A stretch of DNA of 64,000 nt from Candidatus Krumholzibacteriota bacterium (GTDB lineage: Bacteria; Krumholzibacteriota; Krumholzibacteriia; JAJRXK01): contig CAVSGG010000010.1 of the NCBI GenBank assembly GCA_963727455.1, positions 32,001-96,000 on the forward strand, read 5' to 3'. Below, in pieces: positions 19,122 to 28,440 of this stretch (its first letter is position 1; the number at the start of each line of letters is the position of its first letter). A program made the translations under genes and the position numbers. The notes under the pieces were generated by a model that was not told the origin of the DNA, searched no databases, and was given only the letters and a program-made list of their open reading frames with translations.

Positions 19122-20687
19122 ATGCGATATCCAGGCGCTCTGAGCCTCCTCGTGGGTCTTATAGCCGCGTTTCTCATTTCCTCCTGCTCCAATTCGTCCT
19201 CGCCCACCGGGCCCGGCGGGGACGAGGTGTACAACTTTGATCCGGCTCCGGGGGACCTGAGCATCAGCGCCCTGGATACCCTGGAAATCAGGGTGTCGCG
19301 CAAGGACGGCGCGCCGGTCTCCGGGGTCTTCTATGTCAACGGGGATTCGGTTGCCGCCGGGAACTTCCTTCGCTGGCCGGCCAGCCAAGTCGGCGAGGTC
19401 GCGGTCAAGCTCGTCCTGCCTCCGGCCGATTCTCCCACCGTGGTGAACTGGGCGGTGACGGTCAGCGAGGTGGGAGTGAGCCCTCCGGCCCCGGTGTCGT
19501 TGGTGGAGGCCAGTCGCGGGGCGCTCCCCGGAAGCATCGCCACGAGTTGGAGCCGTCCGGGAGCCGGAAAAGACTTCATCGATCACTACCTGCTCTACTA
19601 TTCGACTTCTCCCATCACTGAGGAAGGGCTTGCGGGGACCAGTTTCGTCAGAGTCGAGCACGATCCCGCGATCATCGTCCAGAGCAAACTGCTCACCGGA
19701 TTGCAGGAGGAGACCCAATACTACGTGCGCGTCCAGCTCATCGACGTCCTGGGGCGGGCTGCCTCGCTCAGCGCGGAGAATAGCAGTCTGAGCACGGGTC
19801 ACTATCGGGTGGAAGGACGAGTCACCCGTCTGGCCGACGGAGGCGGCGTCGAGGGCTTTCCGGATGTTTTGGCGGAAGTGGGGGACTACAAGACACTCAC
19901 CGAGAGCGACGGAACATACGTCCTCGAAGACATTCCCAACCTCGCGCGCAAGCGGCTCACCCTGAAACCTACGCACCCCCTGGAAACCTATTCCTATTAC
20001 TGGGTGGTGACGGACACGCTGAAGCTCGTGGATCAGAGTTTTGATGCCCTTCTCTTCAAGCTTGCGCCCCTCGTGCCCATCAATATCCCCAGGGATACCT
20101 TGATCACCAACCTGGATTTCCTCTACCTCATGACCGCGAAGGATTCCTACGCGGGAGATCCGCAGACCATCAAGCGTTGGCAGAGCTATCCCATTCCGGT
20201 GCGGGTCGATGCCGATTCCGCCGATACCATCGCGGGGCAACACGTGACCGACGCGATGGAGGCCGCGATCGCAACCTGGAATCAGGAAGCCGGCGAGCAG
20301 CTCCTGCAGCCGGTGACGGGCGAGCCCTCCTACGGAGCCAACTTCACCATCTACCCGGGCTCCCCGTCCGGAGGCGGAATTCTCGGCGAAGTCCAAATGG
20401 TGGATCCCCCGGACAGAGGCTGTCTCTTGAGGTGTATTCCGCAAGAGGTGGTGGTGTCGACCTACAGTCAGCTGACGGATGGCCTGCTGGACCGAATCCT
20501 GGTGCACGAGCTGGGGCACGTGCTGTGGATGACGCATTCGCGGAACTCGAACCACGTGATGTCAGCGGGGGTGACCTCGAGCTCTTCCCTCGTGCCCTAC
20601 CCGGAAGAAGTGCGAATGGCGCGACTCATTGCCCACATCCCCAATGGAACCGACTTGCGCTGGTACAAGACGCCCACCCAGCCCTGA
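19122..20687 (+). CDS. Lipoprotein with FN3-like and carboxypeptidase-regulatory-like domains and a C-terminal matrixin (M10)-like metalloprotease
   Basis: Lipobox ISSC; LQEETQYYVRV (FN3); TESDGTY; HELGHVLWMTH followed by Met-turn HVM. Confidence 0.7.
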   Translation: MRYPGALSLLVGLIAAFLISSCSNSSSPTGPGGDEVYNFDPAPGDLSISALDTLEIRVSRKDGAPVSGVFYVNGDSVAAGNFLRWPASQVGEVAVKLVLPPADSPTVVNWAVTVSEVGVSPPAPVSLVEASRGALPGSIATSWSRPGAGKDFIDHYLLYYSTSPITEEGLAGTSFVRVEHDPAIIVQSKLLTGLQEETQYYVRVQLIDVLGRAASLSAENSSLSTGHYRVEGRVTRLADGGGVEGFPDVLAEVGDYKTLTESDGTYVLEDIPNLARKRLTLKPTHPLETYSYYWVVTDTLKLVDQSFDALLFKLAPLVPINIPRDTLITNLDFLYLMTAKDSYAGDPQTIKRWQSYPIPVRVDADSADTIAGQHVTDAMEAAIATWNQEAGEQLLQPVTGEPSYGANFTIYPGSPSGGGILGEVQMVDPPDRGCLLRCIPQEVVVSTYSQLTDGLLDRILVHELGHVLWMTHSRNSNHVMSAGVTSSSSLVPYPEEVRMARLIAHIPNGTDLRWYKTPTQP

Positions 20688-20703
20688 TCGTCGCGCTCAT
20701 CGA

Positions 20704-22902
20704 TCAATCTCGATCGGTCTCGCTCAACTGCAGAGGCTTGCCGTCGAAATCTCCCGGCAGAGGAATTCCCAGATAGCGTAGAACGGTGGGGCCGATATCC
20801 TGGATGGAACGCGGCCGATCGGGGAGTTTGCGGCTGCAGAAGAATATCCCGGCCGTGATGCGCGGGTCAAAACTGCAGTGGTCACCGCTCCAGTTGTCCA
20901 TGTTGTCCTCGATCACATCGGGTGGGATGCCTCCCAATGCCGTCTGCCAAGAGACCCGGTAGTTTTCGTTGAAGCACACCAGCAGGTCGGGCGCTTCCAG
21001 GAAGCGGGGCCCGTGGAACACGGAGTCGCGTCGCACCACGTCCAGGACTACGGGAGTGTCGGGAAACCTGGGATCCTTCAGTTGTTTCAACCCGTCGATG
21101 ATTCCCTGGCGCACATCGTCGTACTCGCTCGCGCTGACCGAACCCTGGGGCTCGCGGAGCTGGAGATTGACGTAGATGCTGCCCAGACCGATCGAATAGG
21201 CCTTGGTCTTGGGCCAGTCCACATTCTTGAAAAAACTTCCCTCCGGATCGAAGAGGTCATCCAACTTCTTGTGCTCGTCCGGAGTGTTCGTCTTTCCCCT
21301 CAGAGTCATGAATCCGTGCTTCACCAGCCAGGTGTTCAGGTTGACTCCGTAGCGGAAGGAGTGAAAGCCGTGATCGCTGACGATGATCAGTGTCGTATTG
21401 TCGTCGAGATAGCGATCCATCACCTCGCCCACGATCGCGTCCATCTTCTGGTAGATCTTGAGAATCTGCCCTCCGTAGAGCTTCGCGGCCACCGGATCGT
21501 AGTTGGGATGACCGGGATCGATGAAGCGATACATCATGTGCTGCATGCGATCCGTCGAGAGAAAGACCGCGGCGAAGAGGTCCCAGTCCTCCTTGGCGAG
21601 CTCTCCCATGACCACCCGTTTGCGATTCTCCAGCGTGAAATTGAGATCTTCCAGGAAAGTGGGAAAGTCGATGACGTTATCGCGCAGAGGATTCGTCGCG
21701 ATCGACCAACCCACCGTCTCGCGCAGGCCGTACTCCTTGGCCAGATCGCACGCCCAGTCGCGCGGATCGGAGATGTTGACGGTGGGGGGTAAGTGACAGG
21801 GCAGGAAGTTGAGAGGTTCCTGATACAGCTTCAGATCGGGCTTGAGCTCCAGTAGCTTGAAACGCGTACTCGCCATCATCTTCAGAAGCGGATTGGCCTG
21901 GAAACTGAGCATGACGAAGTCGCTCCACTCGCCCACGTGAAGCAAGATTTTCTGTCCGCAGACTTTCAGTTGCACCGCGTCGTCGCCTTCACGTGTGAGC
22001 TCCATGGGAACGCTGGCGTCTCCCTTGGTGGGGACGAGCGTCGGACCCAGGATAGCGGCGCTCGCATGGTCGTCGTTCCAGTGCACGGTGGTGAGCACGC
22101 CACCGGTCTCCGTCGCTTTGGTCTGGAAGGTCTGGGTGGAATAGAGTCCGAAGAGCCCCCAGGTGGCGCGGGCGTCGGGTGTCCCCAAACCGGTGGTGAG
22201 GTGCACTCCATCGACTTGCTTGGCGGGGAAGGTCATGGGGATGTCGATGAGCTTGCAGCGCAATCCACCCGCCGCCGCGTATTCCCAGAAGGGGGTGCCG
22301 CTGCGACGATTCTCCGGGCGCGGAAGCTCGTAGGGCAGCCAGCGGAAGAATGCCAGATAGCCTGCGCCCCAGGCGGGCAGAGCGAGAAGCAGGCCCAAGA
22401 CGAGCGCGAAGCGCGGCCGGGCACGGAAAATTCGTGCCACTCCAAACACGAAGAAGAGCGCGATGATTCCCAGCGCGAAGGCCAAGACCCCGCGGCGGAG
22501 CTTGGAGGGCATCAGTGGCTCGGTGGTCCGTTTGGCCAGCGCGATGTCGGGAGTGTAGGTGTAGGGAATGCGGTAGAGAAAATCAAAGATGCCGTGGTAC
22601 CCCGGATTCTGCCCGGTCACGAAAGAGGCCCAGCTCACCGGTGACTGGGCGGGGTAGGTCGTCGCCAGGTCGGAGAAGGTCCCTTCCTGCGCGAGCTTGC
22701 GGAGATGAGGAAGGTCGTTCTTTTGGAAATACTCTCGGCATCGGTCAGGATCGACCCCGTCGAAGCCCAGCACGATGACGCGCGGATGCGGCGGCTTTTC
22801 CTGCGCGTGAACGCTCACTGCGCGAGCACAGAGAAGCGCGGCGAGAAGGAAGAGGAGAAGAGACGGGGGGGAGAACTTCAAGGCCCAGCCGGTTCCACGC
22901 AT
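20704..22902 (-). CDS. Alkaline-phosphatase superfamily protein (type I phosphodiesterase/nucleotide pyrophosphatase-like)
   Basis: VLGFDG, PAQSPVSWASFVTG-NPG-HGIFDF, DRMQH, IVSDHGF, WSGDH. Confidence 0.85.
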   Translation of the reverse strand: MRGTGWALKFSPPSLLLFLLAALLCARAVSVHAQEKPPHPRVIVLGFDGVDPDRCREYFQKNDLPHLRKLAQEGTFSDLATTYPAQSPVSWASFVTGQNPGYHGIFDFLYRIPYTYTPDIALAKRTTEPLMPSKLRRGVLAFALGIIALFFVFGVARIFRARPRFALVLGLLLALPAWGAGYLAFFRWLPYELPRPENRRSGTPFWEYAAAGGLRCKLIDIPMTFPAKQVDGVHLTTGLGTPDARATWGLFGLYSTQTFQTKATETGGVLTTVHWNDDHASAAILGPTLVPTKGDASVPMELTREGDDAVQLKVCGQKILLHVGEWSDFVMLSFQANPLLKMMASTRFKLLELKPDLKLYQEPLNFLPCHLPPTVNISDPRDWACDLAKEYGLRETVGWSIATNPLRDNVIDFPTFLEDLNFTLENRKRVVMGELAKEDWDLFAAVFLSTDRMQHMMYRFIDPGHPNYDPVAAKLYGGQILKIYQKMDAIVGEVMDRYLDDNTTLIIVSDHGFHSFRYGVNLNTWLVKHGFMTLRGKTNTPDEHKKLDDLFDPEGSFFKNVDWPKTKAYSIGLGSIYVNLQLREPQGSVSASEYDDVRQGIIDGLKQLKDPRFPDTPVVLDVVRRDSVFHGPRFLEAPDLLVCFNENYRVSWQTALGGIPPDVIEDNMDNWSGDHCSFDPRITAGIFFCSRKLPDRPRSIQDIGPTVLRYLGIPLPGDFDGKPLQLSETDRD

Positions 22903-22954
22903 TGCGCTTCCTCTCGAGCAGACGATTCACGAGGCGCTCTTTCGGCGCGGGCAT

Positions 22955-23980
22955 TCATTCCGCGCGAGCTGAGGCCCTGTAGTCCGCTTCGATTTTCATG
23001 ACATCCTCTTTGCAGCCCAAGAAGAGTGGCACGCGCTGGTGCAGGCTCTCGGGTTGCAGCTCCAAAATCGGCCCTTCTCCATTGCTTGCGTAGCCGCCGG
23101 CCTCCTGAGCCACGTAGGCCAGAGGATTTGCCTCGTACATGAGACGCAGCTTGGGACGCGGAGCTCCACCCTTCGGGTCGCTCAAAGCGGGATAGAGGAA
23201 GATCCCGCCGCGGAGAAGATTGCGATGGAAATCGGAAACCAGACTCCCGATGTAACGCGCGGTGAGCGCGGGAGCTCTGGAATTCGCCCGCTTGTACCCT
23301 TCCACCGTCTTGCGAATTGTGGGGTCCCAACGGGCGGCGTGACCCTCGTTGGTGCTGTAGGTCGTCGCGCGCTGGGGAGTCTTTATGTTCTCGTGCGAGA
23401 GAAGAAACTCTCCGACGGTCGGATCGAGGGTGAAGCCATGCACCCCGTGTCCAGCGGTATACACGAACATGGTGCTGCTTCCGTAGATTACGTAGCCGGC
23501 GGCATACTGCTTGATCCCGGGCTGGAGCAGATCTTCCGAGCGGACCGGCCCTTTGGGACTCACCCTGCGGAGGACGGAGAAAATGGTTCCGATGGAGACG
23601 TTGACGTCGATGTTGCTCGAGCCGTCCAAAGGATCGAAGAGGAGCACGTAGTCGCCGGTGAGGCGCTCGTTCTCCACCGGGATGGGATCTTCTTTCTCCT
23701 CGCTGGCCATCAGACAGACGCGCCCGCCACGGCCCACGATCCTGGCCATCACTTCGTGAGCGTAGATGTCGAGCTTTTGGACCTTCTCGCCCTGGACGTT
23801 GCGCTCTCCCGTGCCGCCGAGGATGTCGATGAGACCGGCGCGGTTGACGTGGTGGGAGATGATCTTGCTGGCGAAGGCAATGTCTCGCAGCAGACCGGAA
23901 AATTCTCCGCGGGCATGAGGATGCTGTGCCTGCACATCTTGAATGTGTCGTTCGATGGTGATGATGTTGGATTCCGCCAC
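22955..23980 (-). CDS. fbp: Class 1 fructose-1,6-bisphosphatase
   Basis: NVQGEKVQKLD, ASEE, FDPLDGSSNIDVN, RYIGSLVSDFHR, KLRLMYEANP. Confidence 0.96.
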   Translation of the reverse strand: MAESNIITIERHIQDVQAQHPHARGEFSGLLRDIAFASKIISHHVNRAGLIDILGGTGERNVQGEKVQKLDIYAHEVMARIVGRGGRVCLMASEEKEDPIPVENERLTGDYVLLFDPLDGSSNIDVNVSIGTIFSVLRRVSPKGPVRSEDLLQPGIKQYAAGYVIYGSSTMFVYTAGHGVHGFTLDPTVGEFLLSHENIKTPQRATTYSTNEGHAARWDPTIRKTVEGYKRANSRAPALTARYIGSLVSDFHRNLLRGGIFLYPALSDPKGGAPRPKLRLMYEANPLAYVAQEAGGYASNGEGPILELQPESLHQRVPLFLGCKEDVMKIEADYRASARAE

Positions 23981-24137
23981 TCTGCCACCTTGCGATCAGG
24001 ATCTCATGGGGCCGGATTCGGCAAGTCCAGAAGATAACAGAGAGAGCCGAGCTTGTCGCTTGCCCGATCTCTTCCAAGAGAGGGAGGCCCCGGGCCCGAA
24101 TGCTGCCGGGCTAAAAGCGGGGAATTGCCCTTCAGCG

Positions 24138-25256
24138 TCAGTGGGTGGGGCGATAGCGCAGTGAGAGCGTCGACTCTCCGGCGGGCAGGCAGACGAGGCG
24201 CCACTCGCGACCGCCCGCCTCCACGCGCCGGCTCTCGGCCCGCGGGAAGGAGCTGGACCAATCGCTCAGGGTCCGGCCGCGCCAGCGACGGGGAAGGGCG
24301 ATGGCGGCGCGGAACTCGTCGCCCGAAACGGCCAGCTTCAGCTCGAGGGTCTGCGGGGCGTGCCAGACGGGAACGAAGTGGATCTTGCGCTTGAAGGCCT
24401 GCCAGGCCGGCTCCGAGAAGGAACCGAGGCTGCTGTCGCACGGTTGTGGAGATAGGCGGGGAAAGGGCAGGGGGAAGATGTCGGGGGACAAGAGGGCATT
24501 GACGATCGCAGTGCGCCACTGGGCTTTGCGTTCGTCGCTGAGGGAGGAGTTTTTCTGCACCTCGCGCAAGAGCTGCGGAAGACACAGAGCTTGACTCAAA
24601 AAGCCGCCCTGGCCACGTGCCGTCCACCAGATGGAGGACATCCCGAAGGGATTTCCCACCGACCGTAGCCCGTAGCTGACAGGACGAAGTCCCGACTGGA
24701 CGAAGTGGAGGGAGATGGGTGGAAGCGAAGCGGGGATCGCTTTGCCGGCGGGGGGCACCAGCCCTGTGCCGGAGGAACTCGAGGCACCCGTCCGCCAGCC
24801 GAGTTGCGCCGGCCAGCTCAGCTGCTCGTGCTCCTTGCGGAAGAGGATCCGCAATCCGGCCAGCTTCGTCCACGGCCCCTCCGGCGCGTCCAGAAATGCA
24901 ATCCCTCCTTGCCGCACGAAGACCTCGACTTTGCCGGTGCTGGAGGTGTCGAGCTCGGCCAGGGCGGCGTGGGTGAAGACGATCATGACTCGTCCGGCCA
25001 GAGAGCTGTCCGCGAGAGAGCGGGAGAAGCGCGCAGCGCCGGTCACATCGCAACCGCCGAAAGTAGAATCGATCAACTCGTTCCAGAGCTGGTCGTTCTC
25101 TTGCGCCTGAGCACCGCCTTTGTCCGCGTGGACCAGGAGGATCGGATGGCCGCTGTCGCGCGACGAGATCTGCCTCTGGCGGCCGCAGGAATTCAAGGCG
25201 CCGCTCAGAGACAGGACGAGGAGGAGGGAAAAGAGCGTAGGGAGAGTACGGCGCAT
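24138..25256 (-). CDS. Hypothetical lipoprotein
   Basis: ATG at 25256 gives MRRTLPTLFSLLLVLSLSGALNSC (lipobox-like); no family recognised. Confidence 0.55.
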   Translation of the reverse strand: MRRTLPTLFSLLLVLSLSGALNSCGRQRQISSRDSGHPILLVHADKGGAQAQENDQLWNELIDSTFGGCDVTGAARFSRSLADSSLAGRVMIVFTHAALAELDTSSTGKVEVFVRQGGIAFLDAPEGPWTKLAGLRILFRKEHEQLSWPAQLGWRTGASSSSGTGLVPPAGKAIPASLPPISLHFVQSGLRPVSYGLRSVGNPFGMSSIWWTARGQGGFLSQALCLPQLLREVQKNSSLSDERKAQWRTAIVNALLSPDIFPLPFPRLSPQPCDSSLGSFSEPAWQAFKRKIHFVPVWHAPQTLELKLAVSGDEFRAAIALPRRWRGRTLSDWSSSFPRAESRRVEAGGREWRLVCLPAGESTLSLRYRPTH

Positions 25257-25371
25257 GATCACTGGACGGCGAGTTGGAGGCTCGAAGCGAAACCGAGGAG
25301 AAGTTGTTTTCGCATGATATGGACGCGGGCGAAACTTGTCGACTCGGCTCCCGGCGGCTAGGCTTTGCTGC

Positions 25372-25725
25372 ATGAAGCTCATACGGACATGGCGCATCTT
25401 CCTCATCATGACCCTCGCGATCACGCCGTGTCTTGCCGCCTGCGGACACCGGGCGCGCCAGGGGGAAACGGCGCCCTTGCAAGAGCTCCACTGGCCCAAG
25501 GTGGAAGGGGCAAGGAGCTACGAGGTGCGCGCCTGGTCGGGCTACCGGCTTCTCTTCGCGGAGAGCAGCTCGGACACCCTGCTCGCACTCACCCCCAACA
25601 TGCAGAGGGTGCTGGTGGGCTGTGACTCGCTGTCTCTGGAGGTGAAGGCCCTGGACGCCACCAGCACTCCCCTTGTAGGAGGACATCGGCGCTATGAGCT
25701 CATGGCCTCGGGGAAGGGCCGCTAG
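25372..25725 (+). CDS. Small hypothetical lipoprotein with one FN3-like beta domain
   Basis: Lipobox LAAC; LHWPKVEGARSYEV resembles FN3 strands. Confidence 0.6.
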   Translation: MKLIRTWRIFLIMTLAITPCLAACGHRARQGETAPLQELHWPKVEGARSYEVRAWSGYRLLFAESSSDTLLALTPNMQRVLVGCDSLSLEVKALDATSTPLVGGHRRYELMASGKGR

Positions 25726-25734
25726 CCGGGGGGA

Positions 25735-25821
25735 TGGTGCCGGAGGTGGGACTCGAACCCACACGAACAAGAGTCCACGGCATTTTGAGTGCCGCGCGTC
25801 TGCCAGTTCCGCCACTCCGGC
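25735..25821 (-). tRNA. tRNA-Leu(CAA)
   Basis: Reverse complement GCCGGAGTGGCGGAACTGGCAGACGCG-CGGCA-CTCAAAA-TGCCG...GGTTCGAGTCCC...CCGGCACCA; long variable arm; encoded CCA. Confidence 0.97.
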
Positions 25822-25840
25822 ACGAAGCGGTGCGCCCGGC

Positions 25841-25869
25841 AGCGTAGGTAGGCGGGGGGCTTCTGTCAA
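25841..25869 (-). promoter_or_regulatory. sigma70 promoter of tRNA-Leu
   Basis: Minus strand TTGACA-N17-TACGCT. Confidence 0.7.
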
Positions 25870-25895
25870 CTCTGGGGCGATTGGAGCCTGAACTC

Positions 25896-25923
25896 TTGAC
25901 AGAAATCGCCTACACTCTAGATT
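25896..25923 (+). promoter_or_regulatory. sigma70 promoter of tRNA-Ala
   Basis: TTGACA-N16-TAGATT, 15 nt before the tRNA. Confidence 0.7.
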
Positions 25924-25938
25924 CACGGCTCAGGTTTT

Positions 25939-26014
25939 GGGGCCATAGCTCAGCTGGGAGAGCGCATGACTGGCAGTCATGAGGTCAGGGGTTCGATCCC
26001 CCTTGGCTCCACCA
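25939..26014 (+). tRNA. tRNA-Ala(GGC)
   Basis: GGGGCCATAGCTCAGCTGGGAGAGCG-CATGA-CTGGCAG-TCATG...GGTTCGATCCCC...CTCCACCA; G3:U70 alanine identity pair. Confidence 0.98.
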
Positions 26015-26103
26015 AATCACTGGACTGAATGGGGAGAGGGCGGTCTCGGGTGAGGTCGCCCTTCACTTCTGTCCGCAGGCCCGATTCCGAACTAGGGGAG
26101 CAC

Positions 26104-27462
26104 ATGGCCAAACCGCCGATTCTTCTCCTTTTGGAAGATGGACACGAACGGGGCCTGACTCCGCTGTCCTTGACGCGCCCCAGCTTCGAGCTGCGCAGCG
26201 GCGCTCTGAATCTGCGCGAGCGCGCGGAGCTGGTGGCGCCCGGAAGAGTGCGGGCGCGGGTGAGAGGCGAGCTACAGGCACTGCTCCAACGGACGCTTCC
26301 CGATCTGTGTGAAAGCATCGGGCGCAAAGAGCGAGTGTTGGTGGTGAACGCTCGCCTGCGGATCTCGGTGGAGGAGTTGGCCGCGCTCTGCTTGGCTGAC
26401 GACGGGCGCGACTGTGTCCTGAACGCGCGCGCGCAGGATGACGCGACGAGCGCGCCGGAAGAAGATTGGCTGGCGGCCTGGATCTCCGGTGCGGCGGCGT
26501 CCGCGTGCAAGGGTGGAGTGCAGCCCGAGTTCGAGGGCGCGATGCGCAAAGCCGGCGCACATTCCCTCTTCTCTCATCCCTGGGATTACCTTGCGGCCAA
26601 CCAAGAAGATCTCAAGCGTGATTTCGCCAGCATCGCGCGTCAGGGAGGCGTACCGCGCCGCATCTTCGGCATCTCCTTCGAAGAATCCGCTCCGGCGCGA
26701 GTCTCGCTTGGTGAGAGCGCCTTCGGGGACGGCTCGGAGGCCATTCTTTATCCGGGCGTTCACATCCTCAACGACACAGAGGTGCTCTTCGGCGCGGGCG
26801 CGTTGATCAAACCGGGGGTGGTTCTCGACGCGGAGCGCGGACCGATTCTGATCGGCGCCGGCGCGGTCCTTCACTCCAACGTGACGGTCCAGGGGCCGGC
26901 CTACCTCGGCCCGGGATGCTTGGTGCATCCGATGACCCGAGTGCGCGAAGGGGCTTCGATCGGCGCGCTGTGCAAGTTGGGGGGAGAGGTCGAAGAGTCG
27001 GTCATGCTCGACTTGAGCAACAAGCAGCACGACGGATTCTTGGGCCACGCCTACCTGGGCAGTTGGGTGAACCTGGGCGCGGATACCAACGCCAGCGATT
27101 TGAAAAACAACTATTCGACGGTGCGCGTGAATCTGGGCGAAGGAGAAATCGAAACCCATCAGCGCTTCGTGGGTCCCATCCTCGGCGACCACGTTCGTTG
27201 CGCGATCAACACCATGTTCAACACCGGCAGCGTGGTGGGCGTCTGCTCCAACGTCTTCGGCGCCGGCTTTCCGCCGCGCTTCCTCCCGAATTTCAGCTGG
27301 GGAGGGAGCGATGGGCTCCGCCGCTACGAGCTCGAGAAGGCCCTCGCCACTGCGCGGATCGTTCTCGCCAGACGGCAGGTGGAGTGGCTCTCGGAGTACG
27401 AGGAATTGCTGCGCAGACTGCACGCCGTGGGCGAAATGGCGCACGGAAGGCCGGGCAGGTGA
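26104..27462 (+). CDS. GlmU-like putative sugar nucleotidyltransferase/acetyltransferase (Bacteroidota/Chlorobi type)
   Basis: PLSLTRPSFELRSG N-terminus; hexapeptide left-handed beta-helix; SNKQHDGFLGHAYLGSWVNLGADTNASDLKNNY. Confidence 0.85.
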   Translation: MAKPPILLLLEDGHERGLTPLSLTRPSFELRSGALNLRERAELVAPGRVRARVRGELQALLQRTLPDLCESIGRKERVLVVNARLRISVEELAALCLADDGRDCVLNARAQDDATSAPEEDWLAAWISGAAASACKGGVQPEFEGAMRKAGAHSLFSHPWDYLAANQEDLKRDFASIARQGGVPRRIFGISFEESAPARVSLGESAFGDGSEAILYPGVHILNDTEVLFGAGALIKPGVVLDAERGPILIGAGAVLHSNVTVQGPAYLGPGCLVHPMTRVREGASIGALCKLGGEVEESVMLDLSNKQHDGFLGHAYLGSWVNLGADTNASDLKNNYSTVRVNLGEGEIETHQRFVGPILGDHVRCAINTMFNTGSVVGVCSNVFGAGFPPRFLPNFSWGGSDGLRRYELEKALATARIVLARRQVEWLSEYEELLRRLHAVGEMAHGRPGR

Positions 27463-27740
27463 GTGGGGCGGGTCCCGAGCCAGCATCTCAAGTTCCTGTC
27501 ATAATTGAAGATACAGTTGGCCTTTGAGGTCGAGGCGGAGCGGCACGCGTCTTGATGCGAGAAAGAGACGCGCTGCCTGCTACGCATGGGATTGTCGGGC
27601 TGCTCATACCCTTCGCTGGTTTGTATTCGCCAGTACCGGCACGCGGCAGACGTGGGCGGCGCATAAACTACCTCCGTTGATGAGCGAAGAGAGCGCTGTT
27701 TCCAGCCGGAAGCAGCGCCTCTTCACGCCGCTCCCCTTCA

Positions 27741-27769
27741 TTGACACCGATTGAGCCCCCTGCTAGGTT
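27741..27769 (+). promoter_or_regulatory. Putative sigma70 promoter of the BMC operon
   Basis: TTGACA-N17-TAGGTT about 70 nt upstream of BMC-H. Confidence 0.6.
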
Positions 27770-27841
27770 TCGCTTCCGGGTCGGGGACTAGGTGTAGACT
27801 GCGGACCCAACAGTTCTCTAGAGCAAGGAGCACGAGCTGCC

Positions 27842-28132
27842 ATGAAGGAAGCGCTGGGCATGATCGAAACCCGTGGCTTCGCCGCCATGGTTGAGGCAGC
27901 GGACGCCATGGTGAAGGCTGCCAACGTCAGCTTGGTGGGATACGAGAAAATCGGGGGCGCATACTGCACCGCCATCGTTCGAGGAGACGTGGCAGCCGTG
28001 AAGGCGGCCACCGACGCGGGCGGAGCCGCTGCTTCCAAGATCGGTGAGCTCATCTGCGTCCACGTGATCCCCAGGCCCCACTTGAATGTGCAAGACACCT
28101 TGCCCATCGGTGGCGTGGCTGACGGCAAGTAA
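27842..28132 (+). CDS. Bacterial microcompartment shell hexamer (BMC-H, EutM/PduA-like)
   Basis: [10 protein letters not shown]...[11 protein letters not shown]...GDVAAVKAA...HVIPRPH; RBS AAGGAG. Confidence 0.97.
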   Translation: MKEALGMIETRGFAAMVEAADAMVKAANVSLVGYEKIGGAYCTAIVRGDVAAVKAATDAGGAAASKIGELICVHVIPRPHLNVQDTLPIGGVADGK

Positions 28133-28135
28133 GCC

Positions 28136-28423
28136 ATGCAACTCGCCGAGGTCATCGGCACCGTAGTGGCCACTCGCAAGGAGCAGAGCTTGCGAGGGGT
28201 GAAGCTGCTCGTGCTCAAGACGGTCGACGTGAACCGGGAGCCGGTGGGAAGCTATGTGGTGGCGGTGGACGCGGTCGGAGCGGGCGTGGGTGAAATTGTC
28301 ATCTACGCTTCCGGCTCCTCGTCCCGGATGACCGAACTCACGAAGGAACGCCCGGTGGACGCAATCGTGATGGGGATCGTGGATTCCCTGGAGATCGCGG
28401 GGAAGTCCGTCTACCAGAAGTAG
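28136..28423 (+). CDS. BMC vertex pentamer (EutN/CcmL family) 1
   Basis: VIGTVVATRK, VAVDAVGAGVGE, GSSSR, PVDAIVMGIVD. Confidence 0.95.
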   Translation: MQLAEVIGTVVATRKEQSLRGVKLLVLKTVDVNREPVGSYVVAVDAVGAGVGEIVIYASGSSSRMTELTKERPVDAIVMGIVDSLEIAGKSVYQK

Positions 28424-28440
28424 ATTTGCGCGGAGACTGA

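Noticed and set aside
25735-26014. tRNA genes as integration sites of a genomic island
   Set aside because: There is no adjacent integrase, and I saw no duplicated tRNA 3' end in the window.
27501-27527. ATAATT-GAA... as a tmRNA resume site, or a cobalamin riboswitch upstream of the BMC operon
   Set aside because: There are no tRNA-like ends or ALAA-type tag, and B12-box elements are not found in order on the sense strand.
27524-27754. 76-aa TTG-start ORF in the intergenic region before the BMC operon
   Set aside because: It has no RBS and no protein-like features, and it overlaps the predicted promoter.
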